The notes beneath the pieces are model-generated. The model saw nothing but the letters and a program-made list of their open reading frames with translations. It did not search any database and was not told where the DNA came from. A program made the translations under genes and the position numbers. From Chromatiales bacterium (GTDB taxonomy: Bacteria > Pseudomonadota > Gammaproteobacteria > Steroidobacterales > Woeseiaceae), in the NCBI GenBank assembly GCA_004282875.1, contig SHLT01000003.1:12917-76916 (forward strand): a DNA stretch of 64,000 nt. Reading direction: 5' to 3'. Position 1 is the stretch's first letter, and every line of letters starts with the position of its first letter. This document shows, piece after piece, positions 38,541 to 47,554 of the stretch.

Positions 38541-38792
38541 ATGGAGAGAGTTTCAATGAAGCAGGTAATGAAGCAGATCACGATTGGCCTGTTTGTGCTG
38601 ACGATGATCGCCGGGTGCGCCACCGTGCAGCCCGCTGGTCCCGACATCGAGGGGCAAGCCGAGATCGAAACCAGGTCGCGTACAAAAAGCGCGCTACTCA
38701 CGATCGGCAGCATCCTTGTTTTGGGTGCAATCATCGTCAGTGAGGCTGAAGACGGCGCACAAGATGCCGTGCGAGATGTGACCCGCCCCTGA
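38541..38792 (+). CDS. small lipoprotein (hypothetical)
   Basis: Lipobox LTMIAGC after MERVSMKQVMKQITIGLFV. GGAG lies upstream of ATG 38541, with an alternative ATG at 38556. The ORF-track version (38427) has a long basic extension. Confidence 0.45.
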   Translation: MERVSMKQVMKQITIGLFVLTMIAGCATVQPAGPDIEGQAEIETRSRTKSALLTIGSILVLGAIIVSEAEDGAQDAVRDVTRP

Positions 38793-38877
38793 CCGGCCGG
38801 TCGCACGGCCACCAATCCACTCGGGGAATGAACTAAGATGAAGGTTCCTAAAATTAAGAACACAGTGGGAAAGACAA

Positions 38878-39159
38878 ATGAAGAAAATCGGACTGATCGG
38901 ACTGGTCTTGGCGCTGGGCGTACTTCTCGGCACATCAATCTCACCGCTGCGCGCGCAGTCGCCTGAGGCCGACCCGCAAGCGGGCCACTGCTATGTTGGC
39001 GAGTCGTCGAACGCTGCGTGTGCGGGTAAGTGGGTATTTTTTGCCGGCAACACGCACAGCCTGGATGAGAGCGTGTGGGTGCTTCGCATCAATAGTGAAA
39101 CCGGCGAAGTCTGGTTCAAGGACGGCAAGAAGTTCCAGCAGGTTCAGGAACCGAATTAA
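38878..39159 (+). CDS. small secreted protein (hypothetical)
   Basis: Signal peptide MKKIGLIGLVLALGVLLGTSISPLRA/QS. Two Cys. 93 aa. Confidence 0.45.
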   Translation: MKKIGLIGLVLALGVLLGTSISPLRAQSPEADPQAGHCYVGESSNAACAGKWVFFAGNTHSLDESVWVLRINSETGEVWFKDGKKFQQVQEPN

Positions 39160-39180
39160 GCTCCATGGCGAGTTGAGCGA

Positions 39181-39807
39181 TTGCAGCAGGAAACCCGCAA
39201 GCTGACGAAAAAAGAGCGGGAGGAGCTCGAAAGTCTTGTCGCATTGTCGACGCAGGTTGGGCGTGCCGTATTGTTCCTCGTCGCCGTGACAGCTATTGGT
39301 GCTGTTTTCCGTGCACTGCAGGGGCTTGTGAGCATCGATGTACCCGCCTGGGTGCTTCCGACGGCCGCGTTCGGCTATTGGTTGTATCGCCGCGCCGGGC
39401 GTTGGACGGGCGGCCCCGAACTTCGGCGCCGCGTCCGTCGCGACATCGATCAAGGTGAGGCTCGTGTGACGGTCATTGAGCCGGTAGACATTACCGAGTT
39501 CGAAGAGTTGGAGGATGAGGGGCCGTCATACGTAATCAGGACTGCCGGGGACGACTGGCTTCTCCTGTCCGGGCAGGAAATGCTGCGACATAAAAGGCGC
39601 GGCTTTCCATGGTCGCAGTTCGGCGTTGTCGAAGCGCCCAGCTCCGGCGTCTTCTTTGGCCTGCGCAAGACTGGCGATTCGGTCCCGGTGACTCGAACGC
39701 TGCCACCGATGGCTTACGACCTCGCCCGCGATCTTGGTACTTTTGAGCGCACGTTCGTCGTACTCGACGAGGCCGGCCGGGCGCTCTTGGCGGACACAAC
39801 AGGATGA
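39181..39807 (+). CDS. hypothetical membrane protein
   Basis: 208 aa, TTG start. Two TM helices, then a soluble C-terminal domain. No family recognised. Confidence 0.4.
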   Translation: MQQETRKLTKKEREELESLVALSTQVGRAVLFLVAVTAIGAVFRALQGLVSIDVPAWVLPTAAFGYWLYRRAGRWTGGPELRRRVRRDIDQGEARVTVIEPVDITEFEELEDEGPSYVIRTAGDDWLLLSGQEMLRHKRRGFPWSQFGVVEAPSSGVFFGLRKTGDSVPVTRTLPPMAYDLARDLGTFERTFVVLDEAGRALLADTTG

Positions 39808-39846
39808 ACCCGTCGCGTCATTGAACGGCTGGCCCTGGTCAGCGGC

Positions 39847-40419
39847 TTATGGCAACCACAACGACGGCTGGAGCCACAGCTTGGGCAGCTTGAGTTTGCC
39901 CGGCCGCAACAGGTCGGATCCCGCAAGGCTCAGCGACTGCCAGGCATCCTGCCATTCGGCTGGCAACGGGTAGGGCGGAACCACGACCGACCCCGGCTGG
40001 AAGCCGAAGCGACCGTAATAGGCGGGATCGCCCAATACGAAAACACGGTCTACATCCTCGTGTTCCATTTGCTGTAAGCCGGCGCGAACCAGCTTGCTGC
40101 CGACACCCTGTCCCTGGTGCACCGGTGATACAGCAAGCGGTCCCAGCATGGCGGCCTTTTCGCTGTTCCCCGAGAACCCGCATCGCGTGAAAACCACGTG
40201 CCCCGCCAGGTTCGAATCGATCATCGCTACGAGGGACAAGGCAACACCCGGGTCTTGCAGAAGATCGCGTACGAGTGGCAGCAGGTCTTCGTCGGGAAAC
40301 GCCAGTGGATACAGTACCTCGATATCTCGCTGGTCGTCGTCGATGCTCTCGCGAATATCAGCGGTCCTGGCCACTCTTGCTTCTCTTCGGTTCGAGAACG
40401 TGGGTGTTGAGTTGGGCAA
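39847..40419 (-). CDS. GNAT-family N-acetyltransferase
   Basis: Acetyl-CoA motif HQGQGVGSKLVRAG. Start uncertain: TTG 40419 overlaps the upstream gene by 62 nt, and GTG 40374 is an alternative. Confidence 0.7.
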   Translation of the reverse strand: MPNSTPTFSNRREARVARTADIRESIDDDQRDIEVLYPLAFPDEDLLPLVRDLLQDPGVALSLVAMIDSNLAGHVVFTRCGFSGNSEKAAMLGPLAVSPVHQGQGVGSKLVRAGLQQMEHEDVDRVFVLGDPAYYGRFGFQPGSVVVPPYPLPAEWQDAWQSLSLAGSDLLRPGKLKLPKLWLQPSLWLP

Positions 40420-40867
40420 TTGAACTTGTCACCGTTTCGATGAGGTCGGCCTCCGACGGGCCGGCTAATGACAAAAACTGGTGCTCGTACACGGGTACGG
40501 CCTCGAGCAGGCTCGACACTTCCTCGGCGTTGCGCAGATCCTGCCTGAGGATGGTGTCGAAATAGCCGTCGGGGAAGAAGCTTGTCACCGAGATGCCGAG
40601 CACGTAAGCGACCCGACCGCCGCCGGCACGCATCTCAGTCAACATCACGTACAGCTTGTAATCCGGGTTCTCCATCGAGACTTCCACGTCGCCGAGCGCC
40701 CTGAGTTCGTTGCGCAGGTACTTGCTGACGCGCTCTTTGAGGTCCTCGTCGCGCAGCGAGACTTCAAGCGCGACGCGAAACGCCGGCGGAGGAGGGGCTT
40801 CCTGGGCGAATGCCGACGTCGTTGCCAGGAAAAACACGAGTGCGATTGCGGTTCTTGCGGTCATCAA
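40358..40867 (-). CDS. exported hypothetical protein
   Basis: Signal peptide MMTARTAIALVFFLATTSAFA/QE. 169 aa. No family recognised. Confidence 0.5.
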   Translation of the reverse strand: MMTARTAIALVFFLATTSAFAQEAPPPPAFRVALEVSLRDEDLKERVSKYLRNELRALGDVEVSMENPDYKLYVMLTEMRAGGGRVAYVLGISVTSFFPDGYFDTILRQDLRNAEEVSSLLEAVPVYEHQFLSLAGPSEADLIETVTSSIAQLNTHVLEPKRSKSGQDR

Positions 40868-40968
40868 TTCCTTCCTCGATAGAGTCTTGCCTGTGATTCT
40901 AGACGCTCCGTCCGGCTGGACGCCACCGGTGTTATTCTTGCTCGACGACGAGACAGCTGGAGAGAAAC

Positions 40969-41394
40969 ATGTCAGCGAAAACCGAGAGACGGGGACAGTG
41001 TCTTTGTGGCGCAGTGCGAATTACGGCCAGCGAAGCCGGTGACAAGGTCGGTGCCTGTCACTGCAAGATGTGCCGCCGGTGGGGCGGCGGGCCCTACATG
41101 GAGATTACCTGCGGCACGAACGTGTCCATCGAAGGCGAAGACCATGTGTCGGTGTTCGATTCGTCGAAGTGGGCCGAGCGTGGCTTCTGCCGCGAGTGTG
41201 GCACGCACCTCTTTTACCGGATGAAGGGGAGCGGGGATCACATGATCCCGGTGGGCCTCTTCGATGACGATGACACACTCGTCCTCGATCACCAGGTCTT
41301 CATCGACGAGAAGCCGGCATTCTACAGCTTTGCTGAAAAGACCAGTCAGATGACCGGTGCCGAGCTGTTTGCGAAGTACATGCCGCCCGACTAG
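40969..41394 (+). CDS. GFA-family (glutathione-dependent formaldehyde-activating / CENP-V-like) protein
   Basis: Cys pattern CLCGAV..CHCKMCRRW..CRECGTHL. Confidence 0.8.
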   Translation: MSAKTERRGQCLCGAVRITASEAGDKVGACHCKMCRRWGGGPYMEITCGTNVSIEGEDHVSVFDSSKWAERGFCRECGTHLFYRMKGSGDHMIPVGLFDDDDTLVLDHQVFIDEKPAFYSFAEKTSQMTGAELFAKYMPPD

Positions 41395-41939
41395 TAGAAC
41401 GACTGGCGCGTAACCTGCTCCGGCAGGCGTTCCTGCACCTGCGGGTCGAGTTCAATGTTCCACGTATTGATCATGCATCCAAGCGTGAGGTACATGCCGT
41501 GCAGGACAATGATGTCCAGCATTTGCCGGTCGGTAAAATGCCTGGCGAGCGACGCACGGGTGTCATCGCTAATCACGTTGTGCCGGGCGACCTCGTCGAC
41601 GGCAGTCAGCAAGGCGTTGTCGGCATCGTCCCAGTCGTTACTCGCACCACGCACGCGTTCGATTTCATCGAGGCTCAGGCCGGCATCCAGCCCACGGACC
41701 ACGTGAGAGCCCCATTCATACCAGCTCTTCATCTGAACCGCGACGCGCAGGATGACGAGCTCGCATTGGCGTTGGTCCAGATCACCGCCGTTGACGAGGT
41801 AATTGCGCAGATCCCACCAGGCCTTCAACAGCGCCGGGTGATTGGCCATCAGGCCGTGGATATTGATGGGTCGACCGTTCATGTCATCGATGACGTGCTG
41901 CAACGACGGGTCCCAGGCCTGTATCGGCACAGGTTTCAT
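41391..41939 (-). CDS. carboxymuconolactone decarboxylase (AhpD-like) family protein
   Basis: ATG 41939 (MKPVPIQAW..). All-helical, ~180 aa, with MANHPALLKAWWDL and ..WYEWGSHV in place of the CxxC..H motif. Moderate call. Confidence 0.6.
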   Translation of the reverse strand: MKPVPIQAWDPSLQHVIDDMNGRPINIHGLMANHPALLKAWWDLRNYLVNGGDLDQRQCELVILRVAVQMKSWYEWGSHVVRGLDAGLSLDEIERVRGASNDWDDADNALLTAVDEVARHNVISDDTRASLARHFTDRQMLDIIVLHGMYLTLGCMINTWNIELDPQVQERLPEQVTRQSFY

Positions 41940-42079
41940 GTGTGACTCCATTCCCAAATAGCGCCCGGTCCGGGCGTTCATGCGCTCCATCATGTGTGAT
42001 CTGTGCGCCACGTCAAGTCGCCTGCGGCGGACAATCGGCAAAATTCGGCCTACCGGTGATAGCGCAAAGCCCAGGCCGC

Positions 42080-43279
42080 ATGAGCTACCAGTTCTTCTAC
42101 ATAATCTTCTCCCTGATGGTGATCAGCGCCGTGTTGTCGCTGACATTCTTCATGGCATGGAAGAACTTCGGCCATGAAAAGCATGCCCTGACCTGGGCGG
42201 CGGCGTTCCTTGCGGGCATGCTGCAGTGGGGGTGCACGGTCAATGTCGACCTGTTTCCGAGCCTTGAGAGCTACCTGCTCACCGAAACTGCGCTGTCCAT
42301 AGCCATGATCACGCTCGGCTTGCGTGGCCATTGTCAGCGCACCCGGTGCAGGCATCTTCCCAGGAATCTCTGGCCGTGTTCGGTGGCTGTGTATTCCATC
42401 ATCGTGTGGCATATCCTGGTCTCACCGCACACGGGCATTCGCATGAGCGTGGTGCCGTTCTTTGCAGCCATTACGCTTGGCATGTCGTCATACCTCATCA
42501 TCAGTTTTCGCCAGCAGACGCGACCCGCCGAGTGGGCGGCAGCGATCGCCATTGCCATCTTCGGGGTCAGTCAGTTCGGGACGGGCATACTCGCCTTCAT
42601 GCAGGGCGCGGTTGCCAACGAGTCGGTACGCGCTGTGTACCTGCATTTCAATTTTCTCACGCTGCCTGCCGGTTACATCGCGACGTCGATGCTGATCATC
42701 CTGATGATGGCATCCGACATTGCTGCACAGATGAGGGAGATGGCGATCAAGGACCAGTTGACGGGCTTGCTGAACCGCCGCGGCTTCAGCGAGAACGGCG
42801 AGCGAGCGTTCTCGGCGGCGCGTCGGTCGGATCAGCCGTTGTCCGTGATCATGACCGACATCGACCGCTTCAAGTTCATCAATGACAAATACGGTCATGC
42901 CGCCGGCGATACGGCATTGGCCCATTTTGCGAACCTGGTGTCGGAGGACCGGCGCCAGGAAGATATTGTTGCGCGCGTAGGTGGCGAGGAATTCGCGCTG
43001 CTCCTGCCAGGCACGGAGCTACGTGACGCGATGGCAATCGCCGACCAGCTCTGTAAGAAGATCGGCGCAACGCCGCTCAAGACGACGGTTGTCGGTTTGC
43101 CGATGACATCGAGCTTTGGTGTCGCGGCCATCTCCGATAATGACGCAACGCTCGACGACATGGTGCTGCGCGCTGACCGCGCCCTCTACCGCTCCAAGCG
43201 CGCCGGCCGTAACCAGGTCGATCTCGAGTCCTCGCAAATGCTGCTTGCCGAAGACGGCTCACTCCAGCCCTTGTCCTGA
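42080..43279 (+). CDS. membrane-anchored diguanylate cyclase (GGDEF)
   Basis: ATG 42080 (MSYQFFYIIFSL). About six TM helices, then a GGDEF domain with the active site GGEEF and an RxxD I-site at canonical spacing (RQEDIVARVGGEEF). Confidence 0.85.
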   Translation: MSYQFFYIIFSLMVISAVLSLTFFMAWKNFGHEKHALTWAAAFLAGMLQWGCTVNVDLFPSLESYLLTETALSIAMITLGLRGHCQRTRCRHLPRNLWPCSVAVYSIIVWHILVSPHTGIRMSVVPFFAAITLGMSSYLIISFRQQTRPAEWAAAIAIAIFGVSQFGTGILAFMQGAVANESVRAVYLHFNFLTLPAGYIATSMLIILMMASDIAAQMREMAIKDQLTGLLNRRGFSENGERAFSAARRSDQPLSVIMTDIDRFKFINDKYGHAAGDTALAHFANLVSEDRRQEDIVARVGGEEFALLLPGTELRDAMAIADQLCKKIGATPLKTTVVGLPMTSSFGVAAISDNDATLDDMVLRADRALYRSKRAGRNQVDLESSQMLLAEDGSLQPLS

Positions 43280-43356
43280 AGACACCTGCTTGCAACTGCC
43301 GTCGGCTGTTGCGGTAGGATAGGCGCCTGATCGGCCCGAGAAAAAAGGACAACAGC

Positions 43357-44355
43357 ATGTTGCTGACTGGCTTCCCGCGTGTTTCGCTCGCCCATTTACC
43401 AACCCGGCTGGAAATTCTGCCGCGCCTTAGTGAGCACCTCGGTGGACCCGAAATCTGGGTGAAGCGCGATGACTGCACCGGCCTGGCGACGGGCGGTAAC
43501 AAGACGCGCAAGCTCGAGTTCTCGATGGGCGAGGCGCTCGAGAGGGGCGCCGATACCGTCATCACGGTTGGCGCAGTGCAGTCGAATCACGTGCGCCAGA
43601 CGGCTGCTGCCGCCTGCAAGCTCGGTCTCAAGTGCGAAGTCTTGCTAGAGCACCGCGTCACCAATCCCACCGAACTCTATCGCAGCTCAGGCAACGTCCT
43701 GCTCGACCGCATTTTCGGCGCCAACCTGCGCGAGTACGATGCCGGTACGGACTTCGACGCGGAGATGGAAAACATCGCGCGTGAAATCAGCGCGGCGGGC
43801 GGTTCGCCCTATATCATCCCGGGTGGTGCATCGAACCCGGTCGGTGCGCTCGGGTACGTCGGCTGCGGCGAAGAGCTATTGCAGCAGTGTGACGAGCAGG
43901 ATGTGCGCTTCGACCATATCGTGACGGCGACCGGTAGCGCCGGTACGCATGCCGGCCTCGCGGTTGGCCTGCGCGGCAGCGGCAGCGATCTTCCTGTTCT
44001 GGGTATCGGCGTACGCGCGCCCAAAGACGTGCAGGAAGAACGCGTCTACAAACTCGCCGTTGAAGTCGCGGACCTCGTCGACAAGCCCGGCTGCGTCGCA
44101 CGCGATGACATCGTCGCCGACTGCAACTACATCGGTGCCGGCTACGGCTTGCCGACCGAGTCGATGAACGAAGCCGTGCTCATGCTCGCGCGCACCGAGG
44201 GACTGTTGTTCGACCCGGTATACAGCGGCAAGGCATTGGCCGGCATGATCGACTACGTGCGTGAGGGGCGCTTCACCAAAGACGAGAAGATCGTCTTCCT
44301 GCATACGGGCGGCGCGGCCGGCCTGTTCGCCTACGCAGACATCCTGGACCTGTAA
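43357..44355 (+). CDS. PLP-dependent D-cysteine desulfhydrase / ACC deaminase family enzyme
   Basis: WVKRDDCTGLATGGNKTRKLEF (PLP lysine). 332 aa. C-terminal HTGG. Confidence 0.85.
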   Translation: MLLTGFPRVSLAHLPTRLEILPRLSEHLGGPEIWVKRDDCTGLATGGNKTRKLEFSMGEALERGADTVITVGAVQSNHVRQTAAAACKLGLKCEVLLEHRVTNPTELYRSSGNVLLDRIFGANLREYDAGTDFDAEMENIAREISAAGGSPYIIPGGASNPVGALGYVGCGEELLQQCDEQDVRFDHIVTATGSAGTHAGLAVGLRGSGSDLPVLGIGVRAPKDVQEERVYKLAVEVADLVDKPGCVARDDIVADCNYIGAGYGLPTESMNEAVLMLARTEGLLFDPVYSGKALAGMIDYVREGRFTKDEKIVFLHTGGAAGLFAYADILDL

Positions 44356-44380
44356 AAAAAAGGCCGCCTTGCGGCGGCCT
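44354..44380 (-). terminator. intrinsic terminator for the minus-strand receptor gene
   Basis: AGGCCGCC-ttgc-GGCGGCCT hairpin (44361-44380). Read on the minus strand it is followed by a T-run (44354-44360). Confidence 0.7.
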
Positions 44381-44425
44381 CAGTATCGTTGGTGGAAACA
44401 GGGGGGCCGTTTCCGCCAATTCCTG

Positions 44426-46696
44426 TTATTCGAAATTCACGCTGAACGTGCCCGTAACCGTGCGCGGCGGCCCGTAGAATCCGATGACCGAAGCGGCAAC
44501 CGTCGGGAAGTCGTATGCGGCAGCAATGTACTCCTCGTCGCCGAGGTTGCGTGCGTGCAGTCCCGCCTGGTAGCGGCCGTCGCCGGACGTCCAGACTGCG
44601 CTCAGGTCGATCAGCGAGAACGAATCCTGGTCCGTCAACGGATTCGGGATCTCGAACTGGAACGTCGAGTCGCGGTAGGAGATGCCGGCGAGCAGTGCGA
44701 GGTCGCCAGAGGCCAGCGGCATTTCGTAACGCAGGTTCAGGCTTGCCGTCGTTTCCGGCGTGTTCTGGAATTCACGCTGGTCGGAGATGTCGACGAAGAT
44801 CGGGTCGCCCGTGACCGGGTCCGTCGATGCTTCAAGCCATTCCGTGTAGTCCGCGTCGATCAGGCCAAGTGCAAACGTGGCCGAGAAATTTTCCGTGAAA
44901 CGTGCGAATGCCTCGATCTCGATGCCCTGGACTTCAGCGCCACCTGCGTTGGTCACCTTGCCGGCAAAGCCGTCGACCTCGCCGTCACCGTCGGTATCGA
45001 GCAGTACGGAACCCGGGATCTGCACATCCGTATAGTCCATTGTGAAGAGTGCGACGTTGGTCGTCAGTCTGCCGTCGGCCCAGGACGACTTGGCGCCAAG
45101 TTCGATGGACTCGACCGTTTCCGGGTCGAAGCCTTCCCGCACTTCCGGAATGTTATACGCGCCGCGCGGGTCGAAGCCACCACCCTTGAAGCCTTCGCTG
45201 TAGGCCAGGTAAAGATTGTGGTCGTCATTCGGTGCGTAGCTGAGGCTGACACGCGGTGTGAACTTGTCATCGCCGCGCTTGCCGTTGAACTCGGGTACGC
45301 CCTCGGACGGCGGTGTGATCGAAACGGCGGTGTCATTCCCGAAGTAGGGAGAACCCAGCCCCAGGAAGGTTTCGCGGATAACGCGAGCCGTGCGCTCATC
45401 ATCCGTGTAGCGACCGCCGATGGACAGGTCCCACTGGTCGTTCAGTGCATAGCTGAAGTCAAAGAATGCCGCCCATGCTTCCGTGTCGTAGTCACCCAGC
45501 GTAAACGCCGTGAGCGAGCTGAAGATCACGACATCGAATGCGTCAAACGCGTTGGCGTCGAGGTAGTAGAGGCCGAACACGCCGTCGAGTCGGTCACCCG
45601 CGTATGTGAACTGAAATTCCTGGCTGAACTGTTCGTTGTCGTAGACAACCGGCGCGTCAAACGTGTCGGCGGGCAGGTTGTCGAAATCGATCCAGCTTTC
45701 GGTGCGATCCGAACGGCTGGACGTAATCGACTTGAGCTGCAGCTGGTCGTTGATGTCCCACTGCACCAGCAGGCCCAGGCCACCCTGGTCGGCTTCGGGA
45801 TCGAGGCCGCCCGTCGAGGCAGGAAGCTGCGAAATGCCGGCGCGCGTATCCCACACATCATCGAGTACCGGTTCGCCAGCAGGTCCCGGCAGCAGTCGGT
45901 GCCCCTGGCGGGAGGTCGATTTGTCGATGCTGTAGTCGCCGTGCAGACGGACGAACAGGTCGTCGCTCGGCATCCATTCCGCGCTCAGGCGAAAGGCCGT
46001 GATGTCTTTGTCCGCGTTTTCCTCGCCCGTGGTCAGGTAGTCGCCCCAGCCGTCGTGCGTGAACTTCGCAACGGTACCGCCGATGCGGAACGTATCGGAT
46101 ACGGGCAGGCTGCCGGAGGCTACGAGGTCAAACTGGCTGTGGGTGCCCACCGCAGCCTTGATCTTGCCCGTCGCGTCTTCCGACAGGCGCTTGGTGACGT
46201 ACCGTACCGCGCCGCCGATCGTGTTGCGACCGTAGAGTGTGCCCTGCGGTCCGCGCAGGACTTCGATGCGCTCGACATCGTAGACGTCGAACACGGTGCC
46301 TTGAGGACGAGCGAGGTAAACGTCATCGAGGTAGATGCCGACGCCGCCTTCCCAGCCGGCGACCGGGTCCTGCTGGCCGACGCCGCGAATGTAGGCCGTC
46401 AGTGTGGTGTTCGTTGCGCGAGACACTTCGAGCTGGATGTTCGGCGCCTGGTTGGTCAGGGCGGTGATATCGACAATGCCGATTTCCTCGAGTTGTTCGC
46501 CCGAGAAGGCCGAAACAGCAATCGGAACCTCCTGCAGGGACTCCTCGCGACGGCGTGCGGTCACTGTGATTTCCTCCACGAAGGCGTCCGCGCCTTCGTC
46601 CTGGGCCACTGCAGCGCTCGGTAACGAAAGCAGGCCCGTGACCGGCAAAAGACCCAGCAGAGTCTTTAAGATCAATGAGTTAAGTCGGTGTTGCAT
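44426..46696 (-). CDS. TonB-dependent receptor
   Basis: 756 aa. Signal peptide, plug start VEEITVTARRREESLQEV, long barrel. Confidence 0.9.
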   Translation of the reverse strand: MQHRLNSLILKTLLGLLPVTGLLSLPSAAVAQDEGADAFVEEITVTARRREESLQEVPIAVSAFSGEQLEEIGIVDITALTNQAPNIQLEVSRATNTTLTAYIRGVGQQDPVAGWEGGVGIYLDDVYLARPQGTVFDVYDVERIEVLRGPQGTLYGRNTIGGAVRYVTKRLSEDATGKIKAAVGTHSQFDLVASGSLPVSDTFRIGGTVAKFTHDGWGDYLTTGEENADKDITAFRLSAEWMPSDDLFVRLHGDYSIDKSTSRQGHRLLPGPAGEPVLDDVWDTRAGISQLPASTGGLDPEADQGGLGLLVQWDINDQLQLKSITSSRSDRTESWIDFDNLPADTFDAPVVYDNEQFSQEFQFTYAGDRLDGVFGLYYLDANAFDAFDVVIFSSLTAFTLGDYDTEAWAAFFDFSYALNDQWDLSIGGRYTDDERTARVIRETFLGLGSPYFGNDTAVSITPPSEGVPEFNGKRGDDKFTPRVSLSYAPNDDHNLYLAYSEGFKGGGFDPRGAYNIPEVREGFDPETVESIELGAKSSWADGRLTTNVALFTMDYTDVQIPGSVLLDTDGDGEVDGFAGKVTNAGGAEVQGIEIEAFARFTENFSATFALGLIDADYTEWLEASTDPVTGDPIFVDISDQREFQNTPETTASLNLRYEMPLASGDLALLAGISYRDSTFQFEIPNPLTDQDSFSLIDLSAVWTSGDGRYQAGLHARNLGDEEYIAAAYDFPTVAASVIGFYGPPRTVTGTFSVNFE

Positions 46697-46738
46697 GGTA
46701 TCCCCCTCGCAGTCGCCAAGCCCTGCTCGGCACTAAAA

Positions 46739-46780
46739 TTCAACGAACGTTGAAGGGATACTAGTTCAACGTTCGTTCAA
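46739..46780. promoter_or_regulatory. two TetR-type operator palindromes in the receptor leader
   Basis: TTCAACGAACGTTGAA (46739-46754) and TTCAACGTTCGTTCAA (46765-46780), between the tetR stop and the receptor start. Confidence 0.55.
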
Positions 46781-46824
46781 GAGCAAGGCCGAAGGCGTTG
46801 CGGAGCCGACACCCGGGTCAGCGC

Positions 46825-47469
46825 TCAGGATTTTTGGCAGAGTCTCTCGAAGCCGGCCGCGAGGAAGACATGCATGCGGTCGTTGATCGCGGCAATGTCC
46901 GTAGAACTGCATACACCGCCCGACAGGTTGTCGATACGGCCGGTCTCGGCGAAGGTCAGCGTCAGGGCACCTGACAGGAAGTGATAGCTCCAGTACAGGT
47001 CCTCGTCGTTGCAATCGGGCAGGGCCTTGCGCAGTGCTTCGATGAACCGCGACACCAGCGGGTCGAAGTAGCGCGACATCAGGGCGCCGCCCTGCTCGGG
47101 CGAGTTGTTGATCTGGGCGATGAGCTGGTAGTAGTGCGACCACTTGTCATGGTCGTCGGCGAGCAGCTGCATGAGCGGCTGCGTGAAGGCGCCGATGATT
47201 TCCTCGACGGTCGGCGCGTCATCGCTGTGCCGCTCTTCAACCTCGGTCAGCGCCTGCAGCCGAATCTCGTTGAGGAATTCCACGCGCCGCAGCATCACCT
47301 GGTCGAACAGGTCGCGTTTGGACTTGAAGTGGTAGTACGCCAGCGAGACGTCGGCATCGGCGGCACTCATAATTTGCCGGACCGAGACGCCCTCGAAGCC
47401 TTTTTGTGCGAACAGTGTTTCGGCCGCGTCGAGAATCCGATCGCGCGTTGCTTGTTTTTGTTTCGGCAT
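46825..47469 (-). CDS. TetR/AcrR-family transcriptional regulator
   Basis: HTH region TRDRILDAAETLFAQKGFEGVSVRQIMSAADADVSLAYYHFKSKRDLF. ATG 47469 is preferred because the longer ORF (47505) would run into an operator palindrome. Confidence 0.85.
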   Translation of the reverse strand: MPKQKQATRDRILDAAETLFAQKGFEGVSVRQIMSAADADVSLAYYHFKSKRDLFDQVMLRRVEFLNEIRLQALTEVEERHSDDAPTVEEIIGAFTQPLMQLLADDHDKWSHYYQLIAQINNSPEQGGALMSRYFDPLVSRFIEALRKALPDCNDEDLYWSYHFLSGALTLTFAETGRIDNLSGGVCSSTDIAAINDRMHVFLAAGFERLCQKS

Positions 47470-47500
47470 CGTTCCCACGCTAACCGAGCCCTGTTTGAAT

Positions 47501-47538
47501 TTCAACAGTCGTTCAACTAGTATTCAACGATCGTTGAA
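47501..47538. promoter_or_regulatory. two TetR-type operator palindromes in the tetR / acyl-CoA ligase divergent region
   Basis: TTCAACAGTCGTTCAA (47501-47516) and the perfect palindrome TTCAACGATCGTTGAA (47523-47538). The latter ends 17 nt before the ligase ATG. Confidence 0.6.
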
Positions 47539-47554
47539 ATTGTGAGTACGACAC

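Noticed and set aside
38081-38944. 287-aa minus-strand ORF
   Set aside because: It runs antisense across the methyltransferase (motif I present on the plus strand) and the plus-strand lipoprotein gene. No motifs.
41936-41999. 10-bp direct repeat TCATGTGTGA (41936-41945 and 41990-41999) and palindrome CGCCCGG-T-CCGGGCG in the CMD/GGDEF divergent region
   Set aside because: These are short, and one copy overlaps the CMD start codon. With only two copies this is compatible with chance in a 140-nt region. It is not strong enough to report as a regulatory site.
44261-46624. 787-aa ORF on the plus strand
   Set aside because: It lies entirely antisense to the TonB-dependent receptor (44426-46696), whose product has clear family motifs. 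The translation is Arg/Val/Ala-rich, low-complexity and has no recognisable motif. This is the typical shadow ORF of high-GC DNA.
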